A stretch of DNA of 64,000 bases from Octopus sinensis (Eukaryota), in assembly GCF_006345805.1 (NCBI RefSeq), contig NC_043010.1, positions 28,148,001 to 28,212,000 of the forward strand, read 5' to 3'. Both the position numbers and the translations under genes were made by a program. This document shows positions 37,753 to 51,301 of this stretch, piece after piece. The notes under the pieces were generated by a model that worked only from the letters and a program-made list of their open reading frames with translations, searched no databases and was not told the origin of the DNA. The stretch's first letter is position 1, and the number at the start of each line of letters is the position of its first letter.

Positions 37753-39742
37753 GATAGTACAGTGTGCTTTGAGAAGGATTTGGCTTCTATTTCTTGTAGG
37801 CTGCACAACAACATAGTGACTAATCCACTAGCTTGTTCTATGTTGATTTGATTGCTATTATTAGTAATTTTGGCACAAATGGAAGGTATTAAGTATTACA
37901 GACTGTCTGTCTGTTTGGCACTCTACATGCTGAGCTTGTTCTACAGCTTGCATCATCACTAAAGACTAATGGCCAAGAAGGATGTGAGGGAGATGCTTGT
38001 CGTTTTGTTTGTCTTTTAATGGATTATTCATAGTAGGAAAAGTGGCACTGATGACCCTTTTCAGGAACTCCAAGGTTGGCAGAAGGAAAGGGACAAAGTT
38101 ATCTTCAAAACTGAAGACCATAATTGAATGCTTACAACATTCAATTATTAGAATTCAAAAACCAGATTGCAATGCTAAAACAGGAGCTGCATTAGATTTA
38201 CTCCTTCCCAAAACATGGAACTGTCCCTAGGATAAGCTTCGACTAAATTTGTCCATCATGTTTCACTCATAAAACTTTGGTCAAGTGAAGATTATATTAA
38301 GGTACAGAAGACATTTTTCCAAGGTGCCACATACACACAGAGGGATTGAGCTCAAACCTCCACAGTTGCGAGGACCAGGTGATCCAGAACGGCTAAAGCT
38401 TTAATTAACGCAGCAGTGGTAGTCAGATTAGCTGCTGTAGCTGGATACAGTTTTGGATCTTTGTTAAAACAACAACGACTGACATTGTCAACAAACACTG
38501 CCATCATCTCGATCAACTTTTTTGCTGGTCTCCTACTCCCACCGATATTAGCCTTGCTATCAGCATCATCATCATCATCAACACCAGCATCACAGTCATC
38601 AGTATTATCTCAGCTACAACCAGCACCAGCACCAACCACCACCACCACCACCACCACCACTTCAGCTGTCATGACCACTAATACTGCCACGATCCCCAAC
38701 ATCACCAGTGGCATGTGATCAATATGACCACCACCGCCGCCACCACCACCACCACCACAACCCCTACCGTGCCAACAATGAAAATAATAAATTCACTCAT
38801 ACCACCACCACCACCAACAAAACAACAACAACAACAACAACCACACTACCATCGCCACCATCATCATCATCATTGTCATTATCACCAGTATAGAGAAGCA
38901 ATTTAAGCAACATCAACTTGCAGCAGAGAGCCACATTCAAATGTCTATTACTGCAACACTATGTTACCATGACCACCAGCACCACCACCATCACCACCAC
39001 CATCACCACTACCATCACCACCACCACCACTGTTGCCACCACCACCTCCATCACCATCAACCATCAAAGTATTCCAGCTGTGTGATCATCTAATATCTTT
39101 TATTCAGACTAAGTAGATCTCGGACTAGAATGTCCAGTGTGTTTATTAGTCAAGGCTCTTTTGGTCTTAGCTAGCTACTTAGCTCAGCAATGCTTTTAAT
39201 ACCAACTTCTTGGAGATCAGCATTGGTTCTGTGCTACAAACCTCCAGTTTTTTTAAAGTGTTCTGAAATAAAATCTTCCATCAAAATTTCATTTTTTTAA
39301 AGTTTCAAACACCAGTTTAATAAATTAGTTTAAATGAAGGTAGCATATCTCAACAGAAACAACAACTGCCGCTGCCACTGCCACCACCACCACCACCACC
39401 ACCGTTTAATGTCAGTCTTCCATGCTGGCATGGGTTGGATGGTTTGACAGGAGCCAGCCAGGTAGAATACTACACCAGACTTCTGTGACCGTTTTGGCAA
39501 GATTTCTACAGCTGGAAGCCCTTCCTAACACCAACCACCCTACAGAGTCGACTGAGAGCCTTTTACATGACACCAGCACAGACAAGGTCACTTTTAGCAA
39601 GGGCTTTTAGAAATATAGTAACAAAAGGGTCAAAGTAATCTAAATGAAAAGTTTCCATCAAAATTCCATGCTAATTTGTTTCCAAATACCAGTTTAATAA
39701 GGACGTTATTGCAATTAATTCTTCATTATTGTCAAATTTGGT

Positions 39743-39972
39743 TTAACCCTTTAGCATTCAGATTATTCTGTCGAATGCTAATGCTTATTTATTCACATTG
39801 TTTTGAATTAATCATGGATTATCTCGCAGCTTCAAGATTTCAATGATGTGATTATTTATTTTTAAAGTGACATTGTAGAGTAGGTGTGAGAGGCCAGATC
39901 TGGTTAGTTTGAACATAAAACAAGTAGAATATTTGGACCAGATACGGACATTTTAAATTCTAAAGGGATTTA
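39743..39972 (+). mobile_element. piggyBac-like MITE (TTAA|CCCTTTAGCATT ends)
   Basis: TTAA-CCC...GGG ends; copies at 47094-47321 and 37206-37752. Confidence 0.65.
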
Positions 39973-41091
39973 AAAAAAGTGGGGTACTCTATTTCAACAG
40001 AAATCATCATCTGTTGTCCATGCTGGCATGGGTTGGACAGATTGATCAGGGCTGGCCAGCTGGAAGGCTGCAGCAGACCCCACTCTGATTTGGCATGGTT
40101 TTCTACAGCTGGATGCCTTTCCTAACATCAACCACTCTGAGAGCGGGTGCTTTTACGTGCCAGTGGCACGGGTGCTGTTTGCATGACACCAGTATCTTCC
40201 ATGACTGTGATTTTGCTTGGCTTGATGGGTCTTCTTCTCAAGCATGACATAACGCCAAAAGGTCTTGGTCATTGCCTCTGTGAGGCCCAACGCTTGAAAG
40301 GATCTTTTCACGTACAACTAGCATTGCTCACTTTACCTCCGAGAGGCCCAATGTTTGACAGCTGGTTTTTATGTGCCACTGGCACAGGTGCCAGTTCTGT
40401 GACATCAGCATCAACCATGACTATGAATTTACTTGGCTTGATGTTTCTTTTTCTCAAGTACAGCATATTGCCAAAAGTCTCGATCCCTAGTCATTGCCTC
40501 TGTGAGGCCCAATGGTAACAAAAGGGTTAAAATGAACTAAATTAAAAAAACCCTTTAATCAAGATTTCCTGTTTATGTTCCAAACACCAGTTTGAAGTAA
40601 ATACAGCATCATTGCACTAAATTCTTCATTATTTTCAATCTTTTCATATCTGAATTAAGACTTTCCATCAAAATTTCATTTTAATTTATGTTCCAAACAC
40701 CAGCTTTATCACAACAAGGTTATTTTACCAAATTCTTCATCATAAATTCGGTAACAAAAGGGTTAAATATATACTGATATGTAGTAGAGTTACTTGCAAT
40801 GTGTTGAAATTCTATCCCTCTTGGAGGGCAAAAAGTATTCTGTGATAAACAGTCATCCTGTCTTCAAAAGATTATTCTTTTATGTCCAAAAGACCAAAGA
40901 AGTCAGAGGAAGAGTTGTATGTTCTGAGTTCAATTTCCAACAGGATTGATTTTGCCTTTCATTTTCTTTTGAGGTTGATAAAAATAAAGACCAGTTGAGC
41001 ACTGGGGTTGATGTAACTGACTCATCCCATCCCCCAAAGTTATTGCCTGGTGGCAAAATTTGAAATCATTATTATTGTTATTATAATTATA

Positions 41092-41132
<41 letters not shown>

Positions 41133-41153
41133 CATTATTATTATCATTATTAT

Positions 41154-41721
41154 TGAGAGAGCACTGCATGCCATTAAAGTGACACTGGGGTAGAATATAC
41201 AAAGTGACACTGGGGTAGAATATACCCCACATGACTATCCATCTGGATAAGGGTACACCAAGCATATGCATCACAACCATATTGAGAAATCTGCACAACA
41301 TGATCTCATATCAAGATAAACAGCGCATGACCTTGCAGGTGGGCCCAGTTAGAATTTTCTTCAGGTCGAGTAGCCTATCTTGCTCAAAAGGTCCCTGAAT
41401 AATGCTTGTTTAAGGATGTTGAACGAACCACCCATGTTTCCAGAGGTGAATTATTCAAACCCCAAAGAATTCCTTTCAACACATGGCTATGATGCTTCCC
41501 CACTACTTCTGCTCGTGATCAGAGATGCACATATCATCAGCCACTAAGGGACATGCTCAACTGGTTAAGGTCAAACAACTGACAAGCAAATCTGTGGTAT
41601 TGAGCAGAATATTTGCTGTAGCCCATCTTTTATACCAAGACAAAACAATGTACATGATAACACTTCCAATCAGTTAAGATCAGAAGCCAAGAGAGCCACT
41701 GCCTGTCACTGCATCAGGGTG
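41154..41721 (-). mobile_element. Family F element, full copy between (TTA)n tracts
   Basis: Reverse complement of 7316-7870. Confidence 0.85.
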
Positions 41722-42039
41722 TTATTATTATTATTATCATCATCCTCATTATTATTATTCAACATCTGGTAGTTTCAGGCAAATTTCTACTGCCTCACCT
41801 GCCATACCATCATGTTGCTGGGGTGTGTACAGCATTGTGCGATCCTTTTTGTTTTTGGAAGAATGCAAACTCTTCCTGGTATTGTATTACATCATTTTGC
41901 TTTGTTATGGGGGTCTAGTTGCAGTCTTTTGTTGTATTAATGTTTGTATTGTGTGTTGTGTGTATAACACAAGTTGTGTTCTTCTGTTGGGTATTCAGCC
42001 TGTTGGTGGCTGGTGTATTTTATTGGATATTTGTTAATA

Positions 42040-43835
42040 TAATTCTAATCAACTTATTATTAATATCAACAGCAACAACATGCACTCACAACAACAACAA
42101 TTAACAACACCTTCTCCACCAGTACTGCTACACATACCAACACACACACAGGCGCCACCAACACCGTTACAGTAATAAACACGAACAATGAACAGTTAGT
42201 AACATACCTGAAAAACATCACAGACACAAAAATGTCAGATTTTATTATACCCACACACAACACACCACCAGCACACATGCTTACATTTAAAATCACACAA
42301 GACAATTATAATAAAATCAAGGAGAAATTCTCAAACGATGTTGGGTCGCTAGGGAGAAATTTCTCCAAAAACCTCTACAAAAACCTGATGGAAACACCCA
42401 TGCAAAAGCACAAGGGAGCCACCCCACCAAACAACAACAGTAAGTGGAGCCTTTTTCTCCTTACCCTTTTAAAACATGGCAAAACTCAGAATCGGTAGCA
42501 TAAATGTAAGAGGCCTCGGGTCACCTTGGAAACAGGGTCACCTGTTAAATGACCTGAGGTCTCATAGGGTGGATGTAGCAGCCATTAGTGAAACCAGGCT
42601 CTCTGACCCGCATGAACTCGCGGCCCTTTTCGGCAGATACGAGATTTTTCTATCTCCGTGTCGGCCGGGAGCGGGTGGTGGTGGTACTGCGGTTTTGTTT
42701 CGGAAGGGCCTGGATTTGAAAATAAGGACAGTCTTCCTGGATCCGGAAGGTAAGTTGGTGGTCCTCGTCGTAGACGGTAGTGACAGTGGTGCTTTCAGAC
42801 TGCTGGCTGCCTATGCTCCAACAGGAGCAGGGCAGTCTGATTATTTCAAGCGTCTGGAAGTTTTCTTGGGAACGTCACGCAGTCTAGTGCTAGTTGGGGA
42901 TTGGAACGCTGTCTTAGACGAATGTTTCGATCAGGTGGGCACGGGAGCATCTAATAGGAGAGGGGGGTGCAAGAGCCTCGCCAACATGCTCAGACACTTT
43001 CAGCTGTCCAACAGGTTTTGACTAGACAACCCGAATGTGCCAATGTGGACTTGGACTGATCGCATCTGGTCGTCTAGATCGTACTTAGATAGAGTCTTCT
43101 GTAGGCCAGCGGATAAGGACAGCATAGGGTGTCCACAATTCCACCTAGTCAACTACACGGACCACAAATCTGTGATCTGCATGGTCGACTTAGATAGGCT
43201 ACATAGACAGGGTCCCGACTACTGGAAGCTGAACGCATCGTTAACGGTTTGCAAAGCCTACAGAAACCAGATTAGTTTATTAGTTAAACAGGCGCTCACG
43301 GGGGCAACCATCAACAACAACTGGTGGTTTGCTCTCAAGAGAGGAATTAGAGCAGAGTCAATTAGGTTTAGTAAGGCTCTAGCTGTAGAACGTAGGAAAA
43401 CAGAGCAGGATTTAGTTAGAAAACTAGACGAGGCTCTTGAGACAGGCATCGCAACCGACATGTTGGCCAATATCTGCCTGGGAAGTGGAGGAAGCAATGA
43501 AGAGCTGCACGAGAGGCAGATCGCCGGGTTTGGATGGTCTGCCCTACAAGCTTTACACTTCAATGTAAATTAAAAGAAAATATAAAAGGAGAAAGGGGTT
43601 CACTACACCCCTTTTGACCAGGCTCCTGTGGCTTTTATGGGTTTTTCCACGAGTAACCTTTCGAAGCGCCTCCTCCTATTGGGAGTTTTAATTGTTACTT
43701 ACATTTCGTTGTTATCCTGCTTTTGTACACAGACTTTTTCAAATGGACAAAACCCTTTGTAACTTTCGTCCTGTGTTTTGTCCCTTTATGTTTTAACTGA
43801 TTTTTGTTAGCCCTTGTGGCCAATAAACAAACGAA
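42040..43835 (+). mobile_element. Tx1/L1-clade LINE: ORF1 remnant, APE endonuclease, RT deleted, 3' UTR with AATAAA
   Basis: 42476-43021: SINVRGL, AAISET, AYAP, GDWNAVLD; then WTW..SYLDRVF..TDHK..YWKLNASL; EVEEAMKSCTRGRSPGLDGLPY then stop; AATAAA at 43822. Confidence 0.85.
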
Positions 43836-44485
43836 TTATTATTATTATTATTGTTGTTGTTGTTGTTGTTGTTATATTTATGATCATTATCATGTTTAGT
43901 ATTGTGAAAATGGTACATTTTCCAAAGGACTGGAAATAAACTTTTGACACCTATTCTGTTTCTTTGAGTGCAGATATGGGCTTGTGTGCATGCATGTGCT
44001 TATGTATGCATGTGTGTTTATATGAATGTGTGTGTGTGTGTGTGGTGTGTGTGTGTGTGTGATTATGTGTGTTTACAGGTATATGGGTGTGGTGTGTATA
44101 TTTATGTTTGAGTATGTGAAACCAGACTTGGCCCTGTCATACTGTACTTAATGACAACTACTTGAAAAGTCATTAGACAACACCATAACTTATTGCCCTG
44201 TCAAATTATATTACTTTTCTGTTTATGAAGCCTGTATTTGTCTGACAATCTTCTTGTATCAGTTTGTAGTTGGTGATAGTGGGTGGGGGGTCAGCACGAG
44301 CGCAGGGGAGGGGTAAGAGGCTTAGTGACATGCTAGTGTAGTCAATGATAAAACAGAAGGCTTTTAACTCTTTTCTTGCCATTTTCCTGTTGAAATACAC
44401 TATCTTTCTTTCAACTTATTTTGTAAACAATGATGAATTTAATAAAATAACATTGACATTATCAAGCTGGTGTTTTGAACATATA

Positions 44486-45052
44486 TTGGGTTGTCCCGGG
44501 AAGTTCGCGCCAATTTATAGTAGCTTACCTTTCAACTTATTTTAAAACATGGTTGAGTCCATAAAATAGGATTTGACTACACCTCCATTTAGAGCACTGT
44601 TTAAGCTATCTTTTTGTGGAAGAAGGTTTATGTTCCTATAACCTGTGTTAATTTTGTAACCCTTTAAAATGGAAGATAAGAAAGTTCATTTTTGGCACTT
44701 GATGCTTTGGGAACCAGACAAAAATTGCTGCAGCTCGGCTGGGATGTGTTACCCCACCCTCCATATTCACCAGATATTGCTCCTTTGGATTTCCACATAT
44801 TCAGGTCTCTGCAGAATAGTCTTAATGGTAAAACTTTCAATTCCTTGGATGATGTAAAAAGATACCTTGATGAATTCTTAGCCATGAAACCACCTAAATT
44901 CTGGGAAGGGGGTATTTTCAAGTTAAAGAAAAGATGGAGACGTATTGTGCAGCAAAATGGTTCAAATTTGGTTGATTAAAAATGTAATGGCAAGTATTTA
45001 TTGACCTTTTTCTTTCCTTCAAAAATCAGCACAATCTTTCCAGACAACTCAA
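44486..45052 (+). mobile_element. Internally deleted mariner with TIRs and TA target duplication
   Basis: TA|TTGGGTTGTCCC...GACAACTCAA|TA; MEDKKVHFWHLMLW fused to LGWDVLPHPPYSPDIAPLDFHIFRSLQN. Confidence 0.88.
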
Positions 45053-45114
45053 TATTAACATGAAATTTTGGGGGAAGGTTTTAATTTAGATCATTTTAAA
45101 ACAGGGAGTTTGAA

Positions 45115-46051
45115 TGAGATGGTATCAGGAAGTTACTGGACTAGTTCTGTAGTGCGCCAACAGATGGCAGCACATGGCTGTGTGTGCAGTGAGAGTTAGC
45201 ATTGACCTTTATGAGGCAGTGTGCTGAGTGACATTACTGTGTTTACTTCGCAAGTTGTGAAACTCATGTTTTTGTGATCATGTGTATGTTGTAGTCTGTG
45301 ATTTTGTCTTGGAGAGGAACAAAGAACCAAAGGGAAATTTTGTGTTAAACTTGGGGGAAATCTGCTACAGAGACATTGAGTGGCACAGGTGCTTCAAAAG
45401 CAGATGAGCATCCCTGGAAGACAATGAATGATCTGGAAAATCTGCCTTGAGCATCATCCTCAAAAGTATAGTATTGTACATTGAGAGTTTATCCTCCAGG
45501 ACCAGACCATCAATCCAGAGGTCTACTATGATGTTTCCAAGCATTTGAGGGATGACATTCTGTGAAATCAAATGGATTTGTGGAGCACAAAGAATTAGAT
45601 TCTTCACAATGGCAATGGACCCTGTCACTGATCTCTCCTCACTCCTGAGTTTCTTGCCAGAAACAACATGGTATTGATTCTGCACCCATTCTATTCACCA
45701 GATTCAGCACTTGCAGATTTCTTTCTCTTCCCCAAGATAAAAATGCAGCTTAAAGGTCACCGTTTTAACACTGTTGTCAAAATCCGGAGAGAATTGCAGA
45801 AGGTCCCTGACTCACTTACAGAAAATGACTCCTGGGTCAGATTCCAAAAGAGGCAAGATCCAGAGTGAATCGCAGAAGGTCCCTGACTCACTTACAGAAA
45901 ATGACTCCTGGGTCGGATTCCAAAAGTGGCAAGAATGCCGGGACTGTACTGCAGTGCAAGGCGACTATTTTGAAGGAGACAATGTCAAAACTTAGGTAAA
46001 TAAGTTATTTTTTATTAAACATTAGTCTGGGAACTTTTTGATTCCACCTCA
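45115..46051 (+). mobile_element. Degenerate mariner of a second subfamily
   Basis: CVKLGKSATET-like N-terminus, HPFYSPDSALADFFLFPKIKMQLKG; imperfect TIRs; internal tandem duplication of about 55 bp (45797-45926). Confidence 0.75.
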
Positions 46052-47093
46052 TATCATAGAACCAGGGCTGGTCTCAGCTAGGTTAATATCAAAAGCGGTT
46101 AATATTTAATTTAATTAATTAATTTATTTATTTATTATCACTCTCCTAAAGTAGTGTCTGATATATATTATCTACAGCCCCATGGCTTGGGTGGAAGGCA
46201 TACCTATTGGTCAGTTTACAACATCAACTTGCCCTTTTGTAGAAACCCATTCTCGTTGTAAGTACTCAGACCCGGTCTTGATTGCTTGGTACATTGTTTC
46301 TGTCTACTGCACTTTTTCCTGCATAGCATCACTGTTTATTAAAGGTACAGGTAAGGCTTATAAAACAAGGAGTCAGTAAGTGCTTTGGTCAGGGGGCTCC
46401 TGAGAGTCAAGGAAGGACTGGTAACTATCTCCCTAAAGAAAAAAGAAAACGCTCAGTATCCCACTTGAAGTTTTGGAACCCATCCCCAGCACCTTGGTGT
46501 AAGAAAGTAGTTTTGTTCTGCCTTGCCAAATTTCTCTTAGAAGCCTTAGGTACAGGTGGAAGTGGTGCTTTAGGACACGGGTATCCAACCAACAGACTGA
46601 GGACTCATATCAAACCATGGATCATTTAGTGCAGGGCTGAACAGAAACAAGATATTTTAAAATTTTATTTCTATTTTATTGACCATTGCAGTCAGCCAGG
46701 TGTTTTGTTTTTGCATTATATATGTAATAATCAAATTATATATTATGCACTTTATGGAGTTTTGTTAAGCATGTGACCCCCTGGTCCAGGGCCAAACTGG
46801 TTGGCATGAAACTGGACCATGGTGCAAAACAGGTTGGGGACTGCAGCTCTAAGGAAAACATGTAATGTAGTTTAAGGGTTCAATGTGATCAATATTCAAG
46901 GTGTTGCTTGCTTCCTCAAAGGGTCAAATTTTCTGGAGATTAGGCAAATATTGGTGAGTTATTTAACTAAGATGAGTTGGAGCCAATGTTTGGTAGGGAA
47001 TGGCATGTCAATATCACAAATCTCTTGGTTTTTAAGGGTTTCATGGATTGTCATGTCAGTTGAATGTAAATTACAATGAGATAAACTTACATA

Positions 47094-47321
47094 TTAACCC
47101 TTCAGCATTTAAACTGACCATATCTGGCCAAAATATTCAACCTGCTTTATGTTCAAATTGGTCAGATCTGGCCTCTCACACCAACCTTACAATATCATTC
47201 TAAAAATTAACAGTTGCCTGATCAAAATCTAAAAGCTACAACATAATGCCTGATTAATTCAAAATAATGTGATTAAATAAGTATTATTTTTGATAGAATA
47301 ATGTGAACTCTAAAGGATTAA
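47094..47321 (-). mobile_element. piggyBac-like MITE copy
   Basis: Reverse complement similar to 39743-39972. Confidence 0.6.
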
Positions 47322-47409
47322 ATTAGCCCTAGCTAAGGTAAATATCCCACAATTCCAGGCCAATGTGATTGTTGAAGGATGATGGTAAAAGACTTGATAA
47401 GTAAAAAGT

Positions 47410-47830
47410 GTTAGGAAATGCTGGTTTCTATAATTATTGCCAGTGCTGCCTGTTTGGCACGTAAAAAGAACCATTCCAGCATGGCTGATGCCAGTGCTGC
47501 TTGATTGACACCCGTGCTGGTGGCACGTAAAAAGCACCATTCAAGCATGCTTGATGCCAGTGCCACCTGACTGGCACCCATGCTGGTGGCACGTAAAAAG
47601 CACAATTTGAATGTGGTTGATGCCAGGCCCGCCTGAGTGGCTCCTGTGCTGGTGGCATGTAAAAAGCACCCACTACACTCTTGGAGTGGTTAGCGTTAGG
47701 AAGGGCATCCAGCTGTAGAAACCTTTCCAAATCAGATTGGAGCCTGATGCAGTTCTCAATGAAACCATCCAACCCATGCCAGCATGGAAAGCGGACGCTA
47801 AACACTGATGACAATGATGATGATCATCAT
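47410..47830 (+). mobile_element. RTE 3'-tail copy with tandem array of about 50-60-bp units (similar plus-strand copies near 52250, 59480, 62570)
   Basis: Repeated GGCACGTAAAAAG.ACCATT units, then AGGAAGGGCATCCAGCTGTAGAAA...GCATGGAAAGCGGACG..AAAC.(GAT)n. Confidence 0.8.
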
Positions 47831-47844
47831 CATGGCCAAGATCT

Positions 47845-48058
47845 TGAGCTGGCGAAATTTCTAGCATGACGGACAAAATGCTTAGCGCCATTTCATCCAC
47901 CTTCAGGTTCTGAGTTCAAATGCTGCTGAGGTTGTCTTTGCTTTTCATCCTTTTGGGGTTGATAAAATAAGTACCAGTTGAGCACTGAGGAGGATGCAAA
48001 CAATTAGTTCCTCCTCTCGAATTTCAGGATTTGTATTTAGAGTAGAAAGGATTATTAT
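47845..48058 (+). mobile_element. SINE family G with CTTTCATCCTTT.GGGGT.GATAAA..AGTACCAG domain
   Basis: tRNA-like head, GTTCAAAT B box; copies near 8128, 14355, 17845, 27080, 29345, 36040, 40920, 61185. Confidence 0.75.
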
Positions 48059-48588
48059 CATCACGGCTATATTTGTTGGTCAATGACGATGACCACCACC
48101 ATCATCATAATCATTGACTTCAGCTATACCAAATATAGTAATCACTACGTAGCTACTTGATATGGTCAAAAGAATGCTCCCATCATGACCCTCCAGATTA
48201 CATTTTGCACATACTGTACTGAAGAGAACATTATCTAACATGTCAGTCTTTTTAAAGATACAAAGGGTGTGATTTAGCAGCTTTGAGGGGAATTTAGCTG
48301 CTGTTTCTAGCACTTAGATTGTACCACTACTATTCATCTTGATCGTTTGTCATGTTGGTCATTAAGGCCTGCTCTGATATGTGTGTGACTCAACAAATAT
48401 CTATATTTAACTTTTATCAGTGCAGCCGACATGTTGCTTGCTAAAATCTATTGTTTTCTGATAGACAGCATATGATTACAGTTAAGTTTGTGTTGGAATA
48501 GTTTTATGGACTGAACACTGAAATGTTGACTAGAATTATGTGATGGGGACAGATATACATAGATACATACATACATATATATATATGC

Positions 48589-48976
48589 TTTTATTCTTTT
48601 ATTTGTTTCAGTCATTTTGACTGTGGCCATGCTGGAGCATCACCTTCAGTTGAACAGATCGATCCCAGGACTTATTCTTTGTAAGCCTAGTACTTATTCT
48701 ATCGGTCTCTTTTGCCGAAATGTTAGATTACAGGGACGTAAGCACACCAACATCAGTTCTCAAACGATGGGGGGGGGGGGGGGCAAACACAGACACATGA
48801 ACATATACATATATATACGACAGGTTTCTTTCAGTTTCAGTCTACCAAATCTACTCACAAGGCTTTGGTCGACCCGAGGCAATAGTAGAAGACACTTGCC
48901 CAAAGTGTAACACAGTGGGACTGAACCCGGAACCATGTGGCTGGTAAGCAAGCCACATACCACACAGCCACTCCTA
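48589..48976 (-). mobile_element. SINE family B
   Basis: Aligns with the family. Confidence 0.8.
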
Positions 48977-49105
48977 TATATGTAGATATATATACATAAA
49001 CATATATATATATATATATGTATATGTATATGTATATGTATAATGTTTGTAAAAAATGTAAATTCGAAAGAAGGTGCACACACTAAGATACAGAGTAGTA
49101 TACAT

Positions 49106-49377
49106 AAAAAATGGGGAAGGCTGGTTTATGGCAATACCTTAGGTTTCCCATCCATAAAGGGTTTAGCTTTATGATGTATCGTTAGTTCCCAAAACTTGTT
49201 GGCCCAAGGCCTCTTAAGAATATGGAGGGGCTCCTTAAGAATGAGAAAATGGCTCCTCTATAGTCTTTTAAGAGACCTTGAACCAACAGGTTTTAGTATC
49301 TGACGATAAGCCAAAGGCTAAACCTTTTATGGACAGGAAACCTAAGGCAATCTCATAAACTGGCCTTCCCAATTTTT
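49106..49377. mobile_element. MITE-like element with inverted arms of about 64 bp
   Basis: AAAAATGGGGAAGGCTGGTTTATG...TTTAGCTTT versus the reverse complement of 49313-49377; visibly diverged. Confidence 0.7.
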
Positions 49378-49400
49378 AATATATATATGTGTATATATAT

Positions 49401-49429
<29 letters not shown>

Positions 49430-49446
<17 letters not shown>

Positions 49447-50853
49447 TGAGAATGTGTGTCTGTCTGTCTGTGTGGTTCCCTAAAACTTGAGAACTACACA
49501 ACCAATTTCATTCAAATTTTACACATGCCTTTCTTAGGGTCCATGTAGTTTCATGGGCAAAAAAACATGTTCGACTTCTTGCTTAGGGCGAGCCCATAGC
49601 AATATCATATCTTCTCCACTATTTCAGTATTACGTGTTAAAAGTGAAACAAAAACATTTCTCTATTTTATGTCAATACTTTCACTTTAACAATAAAAATT
49701 AGAGATAATAATAACAATTGAATTATATGTAGTAAGTAATAATTAAAATCAAACTAAAGTATGATATAATAATTAAATCATAACATAACAAAAGTAAAAA
49801 TAGCAATTGGTATAAAATTGCATCAATGACTTGAACTTGGATAAGTGGTTTCACATGAATGGGAATGAATTAAAAATAAAATTAGAGTGCAGAAATGGAA
49901 TAGTCCAGATGGAGCTGTGCACATACCTTTTACCACGGCTTTTACATAAGATTATCTGCTAATTAGCTAGCATTAAGTATCTATATGAAGTTTGGCTGTA
50001 TGTAATGTCTGTTTTCTCGAACAACCGCTTCTACTGAGTACTGCTGTTGGTTTATTTCTTATACATAAAGGACTATAGCTTCAACTGCGTACTGCTTTTT
50101 GAATCACCATAAGGTTTGTTGTTATTATTATTACTGTTTAACTATTGTTATCACGTTTGTTGGTTCCTCGAAAGGGAAATGTTGTTGTGTTGCATTTGTT
50201 AAATAATTGTAAACCGTAACCCTCCCCCTTTGGGAGAAGGAGCTTTGGTTATTGTTTAAAAATTGAATTATGTCCATGTTTGGGGAAACTGACAATATTT
50301 TCACCGTTTATACGGAAGCATTTTTGTTAGAATGCCTTCGATAGAAGAAAGTCCAAAAATGAATTTCGCTGCAGCCATTGGCGGGCGCGAACTCATTAAA
50401 ATTTAAATGGAAGAAATACAAACCTATTTCGGATTGATCACCGACAAAGACGGTGAATCTAGGATAACACCACCAAACGAAATAAAAAATTAAATTAAAG
50501 AAAAGACAATTGTCTATAAGGTATACAATGTAGAGAAAAAAAAAGATTTGAACACCTGGAGGAAAGCACCATCAAAAAGTGTCTTGGTGCGACTATGAAA
50601 GATATCAAGTATCTAACCAGAGGCAGTAAATTCGCCACAATAGAAGCAAGGTTCGAGTCAACGGGCCTACAATTCCAGTCTGTTATATATTTTGAGTATT
50701 GTTATCACTAGTGATATCAAGATATAACTTTGTATTTTGTATTTTATGTGTAGATGTATATATATAGATGTATATGTAATATGTGCACATAAATATACAC
50801 ATATATACATGCACTAGCACTATGACCCAGCAACGACGGGTCATAATGCTAGT
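49430..50853 (+). mobile_element. Non-autonomous Helitron-like element in (TA)n
   Basis: 5' TATATAAAACTGAGAATGTGTGTCTGTCTG...CCAATTTCATTCAAATTT; 3' hairpin then CTAG at 50849-50852. Confidence 0.65.
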
Positions 50854-51252
50854 ATATATATATAGTTAATCCAAACATGGAAATACAAAGAGAAAACACA
50901 ACAACGCGAGGACGTGGAACAGGTATAGTGTTATTGGATACTCAGGGAAGAAGGAAAGAAGGAGGGTTTAACATTTTGAGCAGAGCTCTTCATCAGAAAC
51001 ATAGCAAAAGGGAAGATCCAAAGAAGGGAAGACGGATATATATATATATATATATATGTGCATATATGGATACAGGACGTCACCAACAGTAAACAACATG
51101 AAATACGAAAACCAATAAGCTAAATATGCAAATAATGAGAAAGAAAAAAGGACATGTAATACCAGGAACAACCCTTCAATAGTTGTCAGCTGTCTGTTAT
51201 CTACTTTCCATTGCGAGCAATCAACGACAATATGAATCTTTGAAATACATAC

Positions 51253-51301
<49 letters not shown>

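Noticed and set aside
46830-46851. GGTTGGGGACTGCAG resembling a hAT/Charlie terminus
   Set aside because: No matching opposite end or 8-bp TSD found, so it is not called as a feature.
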